Shown: positions 40,125-48,474 of the stretch, piece after piece | Numbering within the stretch: position 1 is the stretch's first letter | How the letters are laid out: each line of letters opens with the position of its first letter | Assembly (NCBI GenBank): GCA_965197745.1 | Contig: CBDANS010000007.1 | Coordinates: 192,001 to 256,000, forward strand | Source of the DNA: Opitutales bacterium | GTDB taxonomy: Bacteria; Verrucomicrobiota; Verrucomicrobiia; Opitutales; PNEW01 | Direction: 5' to 3' | DNA length: 64,000 bases | The notes under the pieces: generated by a model | What the model saw: the letters and a program-made list of their open reading frames with translations, nothing else | The model's database searches: none | Told to the model about the DNA's origin: nothing | Position numbers and translations under genes: made by a program

Positions 40125-41120
40125 TTAATTTTGGATACCGACAAAAGCCCCACCGTGCTGGTAGGTTAATTCACGCATGAGATTGGCAAATTTCAATCCC
40201 GTTTTTGTATAGTGACGCTCGAATTTAACAATATGAGGGAAACCAATTGCGTTAATTGTAATCAATCTATTTCCCTCTTCGTCTGCCGGGTTTAGTTTGT
40301 CAATTCGGGTCAGCACTCTTTCTGCCGTATCGGTAAACTCGTCACCAAAAACAAAAATACCTATTTTTTTTTCGGGGTCATTGGGGTCGAGGAAGACTTT
40401 TATAGCCTTGGTGATACCGGGAACCGGGTTGCTCTGACTGTGGAAACCGTAAAAAGAAAGGGCGCGTCCAATAGCCGACCGCACGGTGGGACTGTCTGGT
40501 ATCCATTGTCCGGCAGACGGTCTCAGAACATAGTTGCCATCAGCATCCATAACTTGAATGGAGTTGACGATTGGGTAAATCTCAAGAGTTTCCTGGATTT
40601 TGCTGATTACGATATTCCAAATTCGACCGGATCGCGGATCACGCATGCTGCCTGATGTATCGAGAATGAAAATGAGATGGTTGCTTTCGACGGGGACCCC
40701 AATAGGGAGATCACTCTCTATATGTTCTAATTCGACGATAGCTTGTTGGGCGTCAACAAATTCCTTTACCTGATCTAATTCTACGAGCAGGTTTTCTTTA
40801 CCGTAAATAGCTTCCTTGATTTTCCTTTCGAGAATTTCAATTTCAACTTTCATCGAGGCCACGGTATCTTTCTCAAGTTCCATAGCGTCTTTTTTCGTTT
40901 TTAAATCTTGAGTTAAATGAATTGTTTTACCCTTGATAGCGTCAAGTTCGGTCATTCTTTCCTGATAAAGCTTGAAGAGCGTATCGCGAATATCCTTGAT
41001 CACCAGGCGCTCCGAACCAAGTGAGATCACGAATAAAAGGATTATCGCCCCAAACCCGCAACTTATACAGTCGAGAAAGGAAAGGCTGAACACAGCAATA
41101 TCGCGTCTTGGTTTTATCAT
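40125..41120 (-). CDS. Membrane-anchored coiled-coil vWA-domain protein (intact MIDAS)
   Basis: TM FLDCISCGFGAIILLFV, coiled coil, FILDTSGSM (DxSxS), FVFGDEF, INAIGFP. Confidence 0.8.
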   Translation of the reverse strand: MIKPRRDIAVFSLSFLDCISCGFGAIILLFVISLGSERLVIKDIRDTLFKLYQERMTELDAIKGKTIHLTQDLKTKKDAMELEKDTVASMKVEIEILERKIKEAIYGKENLLVELDQVKEFVDAQQAIVELEHIESDLPIGVPVESNHLIFILDTSGSMRDPRSGRIWNIVISKIQETLEIYPIVNSIQVMDADGNYVLRPSAGQWIPDSPTVRSAIGRALSFYGFHSQSNPVPGITKAIKVFLDPNDPEKKIGIFVFGDEFTDTAERVLTRIDKLNPADEEGNRLITINAIGFPHIVKFERHYTKTGLKFANLMRELTYQHGGAFVGIQN

Positions 41121-42181
41121 GTATCGGGCCAGGATCGTGCAGGTGAAATAAAAGATCCCTTAGTTTTATTGGCGAGGAGCCAGAATCGCGCCGGAGCGTC
41201 CGGATCGCGGTACCCGGAAGCCAAAAGAATAGTATTAATAGGCACACCGCTGAGGATTTGCTGCTCGGCTGCCCGATACATGTTTAGTCGCTTGATAGGA
41301 TCATTGCCATCGCCACTGATACTATCACTCAGTGTGGGCAGACCATCGGCGATGAGGATAACATTGTCAGGAAGCGGAAATAATTGTCTGGAATTCCAGA
41401 ACGCCCGTTCCAGATTAGCTCCTCCCTGGGGCACGATTTCATTCAATTTGATCAAGACCTCGCTTATCGTCTCTCGATCATCCAGATTCAGCCATTCATT
41501 GCGCTTGTTTTCCAGTAAGGGGAAAGTTTCCCGGTTAAAATAATATATTTGAATTTGTGTGGGTGGCAGCATCGAACCTAATAGCCATTCTACGGATCGG
41601 ACCACGCGGCGCCATTTTGGGGCCTGCCTTTTTTCTTCATCGGTATCTTCAAGCCTTTCAATAATCGCATCGGTGTCATCGTCAAGCATCCCCCCCGATG
41701 CTTCAACAAGGATAAGAACGCGTTCGCCATCCATTTTAAAATCAGTTAGATATTGTCGCCGAACGTAATTGGGAATCGGGATGGGGACCTCATCATCCGT
41801 CATGGGTATTTCTTCAAGTTCGCCGAGGAGTGTCTCTTTTGAATCTTCAAGTTCTGCAAGCAAGGAGAGGAGTAACTGCAGGTCCGTTTTTTTATCCTCG
41901 AGGATTTCATCAAGCGTTACCTTTTCTGAGGTCAGCTTGGTCAGCTTGGCTTGATGTTCTTGAAGGAGGCTGGCGAGAAGTCGCATGCGGGCGTCTTCAT
42001 CCAGAATGGACTTCTGCAGCATACCGAGGTCAATTTTTACATCAGAGAGCTGTTCGTTGAGAGCCTCAGATTTCTTCCCACTTGTCAGGACAAACAGCAA
42101 AATAACCGCACCAAATCCACAGCATATGCAATCGAGAAAGCTGATGCTAAACGGTTGAAACTGTTTTTTCCTTTTTAGCAT
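41117..42181 (-). CDS. Membrane-anchored coiled-coil vWA-domain protein (degenerate MIDAS)
   Basis: TM FLDCICCGFGAVILLFV, coiled coil, LILVEASGGM, ILIADGLPT, PINTIL. Confidence 0.78.
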   Translation of the reverse strand: MLKRKKQFQPFSISFLDCICCGFGAVILLFVLTSGKKSEALNEQLSDVKIDLGMLQKSILDEDARMRLLASLLQEHQAKLTKLTSEKVTLDEILEDKKTDLQLLLSLLAELEDSKETLLGELEEIPMTDDEVPIPIPNYVRRQYLTDFKMDGERVLILVEASGGMLDDDTDAIIERLEDTDEEKRQAPKWRRVVRSVEWLLGSMLPPTQIQIYYFNRETFPLLENKRNEWLNLDDRETISEVLIKLNEIVPQGGANLERAFWNSRQLFPLPDNVILIADGLPTLSDSISGDGNDPIKRLNMYRAAEQQILSGVPINTILLASGYRDPDAPARFWLLANKTKGSFISPARSWPDT

Positions 42182-42254
42182 GACTGCTTCGGTATATTTA
42201 TGGCATCGGGGTGAGTGCTGTTAATGAAAAATAATCATTACCACAACTAAACCA

Positions 42255-43754
42255 TCAAGTGTTACAATGTATAAGAAGCAGATCTATCTTGGGATCTTTA
42301 TTTCCCAGGGAAATGGCATCGCCCACCGTTAAATAGCGTTCATTGGAGATCAATTCGTGGTTAAGGTAGGTTGTTTCGCGATTATCGGTTTCGATCTTAA
42401 TCCCCTTCTTTTCATTATAAATACGACAATGGTGCTTTTCTATACCCTGATTAGAGGATGACAATCGAAGACCGTTTTGTTTATCGGGAATATCAGTGCC
42501 TATCTCAAAATGATCATTGCCTAAAGGATAAGCAATCCCTTCATAGACGATGTGTGTCGGCCGTAGACTTATTTCATCACTGCTCGAATCATTTGTGGTT
42601 TCATCGCCCGCGATCGAATCCTCTTTGATCTCCAGAGGGGGAGTGTTAAATGCTGGCTGGTCAACGGGTATGCGTGTAATGACCGGGGTGTGATCGAGGT
42701 CATCGACAAGAGGAATATCGCCGGCGTATGCCGTTGCTCCAAAAGCGGCGGAAGCAATATCCAAATGAATGAGCTGACATTCAGTGCCTGAACCCAGTTT
42801 TTCAGAGAGACCTGGAACGCGTGATACGCGCTCAGTCAAATAAAGTTTCATTGGGCCGAGGCCAGCGGTGGAGACCGCTTTTTTTACAAATTGAAGGATG
42901 GAGTCATTGACTGTATCAAGATGCCTGGCCAAAGAATCGCGTGTGACTACCATCTGCCGTGGGCGTTTGAGACCTCCAAGTTCTAAGGCGCATTCAGGTG
43001 CGGTTCGTAAGGCATCGATGAGACGCCGGATCTGGTTATAGAATGCCTGTTCAGTGTTGGCATCGTGAGTGACGTCAAAAGCGGTCTGACTTAGAAAACG
43101 ATTGGCCAATTTTGGCATGAGTTCATTTATTATTTGATTATTTCCGATATCGGAAGAATGCAAGAGGTGTTGGCGTTCTATTACCGCACCCACTTTTATA
43201 ATAGATACAAGGACCGCGTGTTGGTGAATGTCCAGATGCAAGGCGGTAAAGGGGAGATCACGCATCGCATGAAGTTGAGGAATGAGTGAGGCACAGGCCA
43301 TGTCTACGATACCGGCCAGAGGTATTTGTAGATCATGCACCATGCTTAAAATAAGCCCGATTTCCAATTCCTCTTCACTATCATCAGCAAGATATTGTCC
43401 GGGCAGGGCAAAAATAACTTTTTCCGCGGGAAGCCCGCTACTGTTTAGTCGCTGCCAAAGATGTTTTAAGTGATGGAATGCCAATTCAGAGTATAATGGA
43501 ATTTTATCACCTTCGGCGATGCTTGAGGAGCGAAGTGAGAGCAGATCCCAACAAGTATCGGTGACATTACGCGGGTGAATTCGCGATTGCCCTTCAGCTT
43601 CTCTCCCGGTTATATAACGGTTTCCTTTGAAGTAAACAAAACCCGGACTTGAGGGACCGTCATCTTCGAGTGGGATTAGACGTTCCTGACCGGCTACCCG
43701 TGAAGCCGCTAAAAAACCTTCATCACAAAATTCCAGACCGAGCGTATTAATCAT
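42255..43754 (-). CDS. Degenerate Hsp70/actin-fold protein with C-terminal FHA-like domain
   Basis: Segments collinear with the Hsp70 NBD (LGLEF, SSPGFVYF, VIFALPGQY, LHLDI, SRVPGL, AFGAT). Tail FEIG..HHCRI..TYLN..LTVGDAISLG resembles FHA. Confidence 0.6.
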   Translation of the reverse strand: MINTLGLEFCDEGFLAASRVAGQERLIPLEDDGPSSPGFVYFKGNRYITGREAEGQSRIHPRNVTDTCWDLLSLRSSSIAEGDKIPLYSELAFHHLKHLWQRLNSSGLPAEKVIFALPGQYLADDSEEELEIGLILSMVHDLQIPLAGIVDMACASLIPQLHAMRDLPFTALHLDIHQHAVLVSIIKVGAVIERQHLLHSSDIGNNQIINELMPKLANRFLSQTAFDVTHDANTEQAFYNQIRRLIDALRTAPECALELGGLKRPRQMVVTRDSLARHLDTVNDSILQFVKKAVSTAGLGPMKLYLTERVSRVPGLSEKLGSGTECQLIHLDIASAAFGATAYAGDIPLVDDLDHTPVITRIPVDQPAFNTPPLEIKEDSIAGDETTNDSSSDEISLRPTHIVYEGIAYPLGNDHFEIGTDIPDKQNGLRLSSSNQGIEKHHCRIYNEKKGIKIETDNRETTYLNHELISNERYLTVGDAISLGNKDPKIDLLLIHCNT

Positions 43755-43781
43755 AAAGAAAAGCGAAATAGATTTTGATTA

Positions 43782-44642
43782 TCAGGTAATTGAAATCTCG
43801 CTCTCTTCCTTAAAGGGAATCTTCATGACAGCGAGGAGTTGATTGCGGCAATAATCTTCTGTTTCTAAAATCAGGCTTTCTTGCCGTGACTGCAGGAGGT
43901 GAATAAAGTACATGAGTATGATGCTTAGAAATAAAGCGATAAGGGTAGAATTAAAGGCCAAGCCGAGAGATTCGGTAACCCCTTGAATATCACCTTTGAT
44001 AGCCTGATCAGCCTTGGTAAGTGCTTCACCAATACCCCGCACGGTACCGATAAACCCCACGGAGGGGATAGCCCATGCGATATAGCGGACAAGAGAGAGC
44101 TCGGAATCCAGTCTATCTGATTCCGATTCAGATATTTCTCTAACCGATAGAGAAACATCCTGAATGGAGTGCGAGGAGTGAAATCTCCGAAGAGCGGTGA
44201 GCACCACGCGAGGCAATAGTTTATCTTCGTAATGCGGTATATTGGTGAAACGCATTTCCACTCCTTTGGAGTGAGCAAGCGCTTCTTCAGGGATGATCCT
44301 TTCACCCTTTTCTATATCCAAAAGATTTTCGTTCAGAATCGATTTTTCCTGCCAGACCTGGCGAAGTTTATAAATGACAATCATCATCGCCCAAATTAAA
44401 AGAGTAAAACAAACCTGTTGCTCATAGTCTTTTATAATAATAAAAATTGATCGATCAGGGACAGAAGCTGTATCCGATTGCTGGGCTGCTTTCAATTCGT
44501 TGGCATACATGTCATCCTCTGCACGGGGGCGAATAAAAAATTTATAGGTAAGACCGATCAGGACGATGGAAATCACCAGCCCGGCAAATTGGTAAATATT
44601 CTCTCTGGAAAAAAGGCTGCTTTTTGAATTATTTGCTGGCAT
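43782..44642 (-). CDS. MotA/TolQ/ExbB proton-channel family protein
   Basis: IPSVGFIGTVRGI (PxxGxxGT), LGLAFNSTLIAL, four predicted TMs. Confidence 0.88.
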   Translation of the reverse strand: MPANNSKSSLFSRENIYQFAGLVISIVLIGLTYKFFIRPRAEDDMYANELKAAQQSDTASVPDRSIFIIIKDYEQQVCFTLLIWAMMIVIYKLRQVWQEKSILNENLLDIEKGERIIPEEALAHSKGVEMRFTNIPHYEDKLLPRVVLTALRRFHSSHSIQDVSLSVREISESESDRLDSELSLVRYIAWAIPSVGFIGTVRGIGEALTKADQAIKGDIQGVTESLGLAFNSTLIALFLSIILMYFIHLLQSRQESLILETEDYCRNQLLAVMKIPFKEESEISIT

Positions 44643-45050
44643 GATAATGGGATATGATCGATGAGCTATTGTATCTTCGATTGATCAAATATATATAGTT
44701 AGAGCGCTGAATGTAATATTAGTGCCCAAATATTTAACTTTTATCACTTCTAAAGGTGATAATTAACGCCATAAATTGTTAATAATAAACAATACGGGGT
44801 GGAACAAGTCATTTTTTCCCTTGTCTGATCAGAGATTATCTTTTCAATTGCTTTTCCCACCAGTTTTTACTTGATAAAACAAGGATTCAGTTTTAGAATT
44901 TATGTGCTTATTGGTCATACAAAGTTCAAGTATTGTGATTATTAATTATGACATGATAAACAAGGGAATATTAGGTCTATGAAACGCTCGTATCAAACAC
45001 CTCAATTTACATTCGGACAAGTATTTAAATATCATTTTTAGTTGAAGGTT

Positions 45051-45620
45051 ATGGCTTCTTTTAATCTCGGGAAAAAATTTTTGTTCAGCTCGCTTGTGGT
45101 AGCCATAGCCACCACAACGGGTTGTAATACGACGACACAAACGTCGCGTGGGGCTGTCAAAGGTGGCACTCTTGGAGCGGCGACAGGGGCAATTATTGGT
45201 CACCAAAGTGGTGAAACAGGTGAGGGCGCGGTCATCGGCGCGGCTGCGGGTGCGGTTATCGGTGGATTAATCGGTGCGGCAAAAGAGGCTCAAGAAAGAA
45301 AAGATCAGGAAACACTTGCCCAGCAGAGAGCACACCAGCAAGACCTGGCAAGAATACGTAAGGCGAAAGCAGAAGCCGAAGCATCGCGTCAAAAACAATT
45401 AGCGATTGCCGAAGGTATGAGAATTACTGAAACCGAAGTGAATGAAGCAGAAATTCGAGCGCGTGAAGCAGAGAAAAAACTTAAAGAGCTCCAATCGGAA
45501 TTGGATGCTGCCCTTTCACGCAGTGAAGCTATCGGCGATGCTGAAGGACGTAAACTGGCAGCTGAGGGGGAAATTCTTCGTCTTGAAAAGAAGCTGGAGG
45601 AACTACGGGCCAACAATTAA
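45051..45620 (+). CDS. Glycine-zipper lipoprotein with coiled-coil tail
   Basis: Lipobox TTGC, GGTLGAATGAIIG..GAVIGAAAGAVIGG, then a heptad-rich C-terminus. Confidence 0.75.
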   Translation: MASFNLGKKFLFSSLVVAIATTTGCNTTTQTSRGAVKGGTLGAATGAIIGHQSGETGEGAVIGAAAGAVIGGLIGAAKEAQERKDQETLAQQRAHQQDLARIRKAKAEAEASRQKQLAIAEGMRITETEVNEAEIRAREAEKKLKELQSELDAALSRSEAIGDAEGRKLAAEGEILRLEKKLEELRANN

Positions 45621-45683
45621 ATTATTATAGAATACTGATCAGCAGGATACATATTTTTTCATCATAATTATTAGCAGTGCACA

Positions 45684-46409
45684 ATGTGGAAACATAAAAA
45701 CACTATATTCACTTACCTCATTACTTTTATTGCAGCGATTGTTATTAGTGGTTGTAATTCAACCTACTCGTTTAAAGTCGATGCTATAAATAATCCGGAT
45801 CCCACAGTTAAGGAGCTTAAGTCTTATAAAATCGTTAGTTCGAATGCCCAAATTAACGAGGAAGATTTGGAATTTAAGGAAGTTTCTCATTATATTAAGA
45901 CCGCATTATCAGGGAAAGGATATTATGAAGCACCGGATCTCCAGAAAGCCGATATGGTTATCGATGTATCCTATGGGGTGAGCGAACCTCAGACTGATTT
46001 TAAAACAAAGACCAGCCCCATCTATGGTCGTTCAGGCGGAGGGTACCGCTCGATATCTACACCTGTCATAGACAAAAATGGCAAAGTCAGGTATGTGAAT
46101 AGTACAGTTTTTACTCCCCCCCGAGTGGAAATGATCGGTGTCCAGGAACAAATAGTGCCGATCATCACCTATGAAAAGTACCTGAGGATGACATCCCGTG
46201 ATAACCGGGAAGTAGAAAATAATGAAAGTCCGACACAAGTGTGGAGCATTTATGTGAAGAACAAAGATGAAAGTGAGGATTTAAGAAAGTATGTCCCCCT
46301 CATGGCCGCGGCCGCGCTCCCTTACGTTGGAGAGAATACCGAGAACCAGCAGGAGATAAAGATCAAGGAGGAAGATGATATTGTCGACTTTGTAAAGAAA
46401 GGTTTATAA
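45684..46409 (+). CDS. Lipoprotein, DUF4136-like
   Basis: Lipobox ISGC, ALSGKGY..ADMVIDVSYG. Family call is inference. Confidence 0.55.
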   Translation: MWKHKNTIFTYLITFIAAIVISGCNSTYSFKVDAINNPDPTVKELKSYKIVSSNAQINEEDLEFKEVSHYIKTALSGKGYYEAPDLQKADMVIDVSYGVSEPQTDFKTKTSPIYGRSGGGYRSISTPVIDKNGKVRYVNSTVFTPPRVEMIGVQEQIVPIITYEKYLRMTSRDNREVENNESPTQVWSIYVKNKDESEDLRKYVPLMAAAALPYVGENTENQQEIKIKEEDDIVDFVKKGL

Positions 46410-46454
46410 GGGAAGAAAATACTCAATTGCGACCCTCTCATAAATTAATTTATG

Positions 46455-46492
46455 ACAAGCGAACCCAGATCTCGGGTTCGCTTGTTTATTAT
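46455..46492 (+). terminator. Rho-independent terminator
   Basis: ACAAGCGAACCC-AGATCTC-GGGTTCGCTTGT followed by TTATT. Confidence 0.75.
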
Positions 46493-46584
46493 TAGCGCCA
46501 ATGAAATCCGGGGAGACGATTCAAAGGTCGCAGAGAAGATAACATTGGCATTTCTTTATAAGAAAAATTGATCTCAATTTACTC

Positions 46585-47088
46585 ATGGAAGAAGATGAAA
46601 TATTTGATGTGGTCGACGAAAAAGATTCGGTAATAGGGCAGGAGTCACGTGCGGTGGTCCACCGAATGAAGTTATTGCACCGTGCCGTCCATATTTTAAT
46701 ATTTAATTCCCAGGGGCAGATTTTTTTGCAAAAACGATCCATGCAAAAAGATAATTTCCCAGGTTTGTGGGACTCGTCAGCGGCAGGTCATCTGGATACT
46801 GGTGAAAATTACGAAGCGGCTTGTATTCGCGAGGTAGGAGAAGAGCTTGGGATACAATGTGAAATCCCTCCCGAGAAGCTCTTCAAAATTGATGCCTGTT
46901 CTCAAACAGGACAAGAATTTGTCTGGGTCTATCGTATCAACCACAACGGTCCCTTTATCCTTCACCCTGAAGAAATAGATTATGGTGATTGGCTTGATTG
47001 TGATGAAGTCACCGCCTGGATAAAAGAAAAGCCCGAGGATTTTGCCAGCGCTTTTATTTATATATGGGAATTATATATAAAGAGATAA
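46585..47088 (+). CDS. Nudix hydrolase (YfcD/Idi-like)
   Basis: HRAVHILIFN..LQKRS..K..PGLWD; Nudix box GENYEAACIREVGEELG. Confidence 0.85.
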   Translation: MEEDEIFDVVDEKDSVIGQESRAVVHRMKLLHRAVHILIFNSQGQIFLQKRSMQKDNFPGLWDSSAAGHLDTGENYEAACIREVGEELGIQCEIPPEKLFKIDACSQTGQEFVWVYRINHNGPFILHPEEIDYGDWLDCDEVTAWIKEKPEDFASAFIYIWELYIKR

Positions 47089-47197
47089 CATCAATATTCT
47101 CGCCCCCAAAGATTTATATGCTAAAGACTCCTTGCCTATATGAAAATATTTTAAGCGTTAGCACCTGCAACTATGAGACGATTATAGTCGTTGAGAA

Positions 47198-48472
47198 ATG
47201 GATTTTGAAATAAATATCTGGGCACTCTGGATCCTCTGGTCGCTTCAGGGGCTATTCGGTTGGTTTAATGTTTTTATGTACCGAAAAAGAATGAGGTGGC
47301 AGGATGAACGTCTGGAAGCACAACTCGATAAACCGCCTCACCCGGCAGCTTTATTATCGCCAATGAAAGGGGTGCGCCACAATTTCGAACCTTATATAAA
47401 TGGATTGCTCAATCAGGATTATCCGGACTACCAGCTGATTTTCTCTGTTGAGTCAACACGCGAACCCCTTTACACCAAGCTTAGAGACAGGTTGGGGCTG
47501 AGCGATGAAAAATTAATCTGGAACCCAGGATTGGAGGCCGCCCCCGTGGGATCACCGGTGGTCTCGTCCGGGTTAAAGCGGGTGCAAATAGTCGTTGCCG
47601 GGATTTGTGAAACCGGCGCTCAAAAGGTGCATAATCAGCTCCAGGCATTAAAGGAGTTGCGCGAAGAAGATGCGCTTATCGCTGCTTGTGATGCTGATAT
47701 TCTACCCCCATTTGATTTGTTGGGAAAGCTACTCAAACCACTTAACCAGGGAACCCACATCGCATCGACCGGGTACCGTTGGATTATTCCTATGAACCAA
47801 AGACTCAGTGTGCTGACTGCAACCGTCATCAATGGATCGGTAGCTACGATGGGGGGGCCGGAGTGGTGTAACCTAATGTGGGGTGGGGCACACGCCTTAA
47901 CGAGGGAATTTCACGAAGAAATAAATCTATCTGAAAAATTTGTGGGCGCTTTTAATGATGACTTACAGACGGCCCACCACGTACGTAAAGAAGGTAAAAA
48001 AATTGCCTACATAAGGTCTCTCATGCTGCCCAGTCCCGAGGATTATGACTGGTCCATGATGTTTGAGTTTGGTTGGCGGCAATATTTTCATGTACGGGTA
48101 TATGCACCCTGGGCCTGGTGGTCGGGGCTATTTATTACGACCCTGTATCTCTGGGGATTGATCACCGCCTGGGGCGCATTAATGACGGGAAATCTGAAAG
48201 CCTTTATCCCCATTGCTCTCGTCTTTGTGCTTAATGAAATGCGCGCCCATGAGCGGATTCAATTGATTAAAATATTGTTCTCACCTGAGCATATAGAGGC
48301 GTTGAAACCCACTTTTTCCCTGGAACGATTTGGCACATTTTTCTGGATGTTCGTCCATTTCCTCACCGTCTGCCGTTCTGGAATGGGGCGGATCGTTACC
48401 TGGTCCGGCATTACTTACCGCGTTACCGGAAGACAAAAAACTGAAGTAATTTTAAGGAAGGAAATAAGTTAA
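47198..48472 (+). CDS. GT2/GT21-like glycosyltransferase (ceramide glucosyltransferase/HpnI-like)
   Basis: N-terminal TM, SPMKG, QDYPDY, QKVHNQ, CDAD (DxD), STGYRW, WGGA, NDDL, WRQ, C-terminal TMs and VTWSGITY. Confidence 0.75.
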   Translation: MDFEINIWALWILWSLQGLFGWFNVFMYRKRMRWQDERLEAQLDKPPHPAALLSPMKGVRHNFEPYINGLLNQDYPDYQLIFSVESTREPLYTKLRDRLGLSDEKLIWNPGLEAAPVGSPVVSSGLKRVQIVVAGICETGAQKVHNQLQALKELREEDALIAACDADILPPFDLLGKLLKPLNQGTHIASTGYRWIIPMNQRLSVLTATVINGSVATMGGPEWCNLMWGGAHALTREFHEEINLSEKFVGAFNDDLQTAHHVRKEGKKIAYIRSLMLPSPEDYDWSMMFEFGWRQYFHVRVYAPWAWWSGLFITTLYLWGLITAWGALMTGNLKAFIPIALVFVLNEMRAHERIQLIKILFSPEHIEALKPTFSLERFGTFFWMFVHFLTVCRSGMGRIVTWSGITYRVTGRQKTEVILRKEIS

Positions 48473-48474
48473 TT

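Noticed and set aside
42220..42242. Fur-box-like TAATGA..ATAATCATTA inside the vWA operon
   Set aside because: It is an AT-rich partial match in a short intra-operon gap with no supporting promoter.
40125..44642. Zorya defence system, flagellar stator or Tol/Ton system
   Set aside because: There is no OmpA-domain ZorB/MotB, no long ZorA tail, no ZorC/D/E, and no ExbD/TolR/TonB or flagellar genes in the window.
46585..47088. Type 1 IPP isomerase (idi)
   Set aside because: The catalytic Cys is absent (SSAAGH), so it is kept as a generic Nudix hydrolase.
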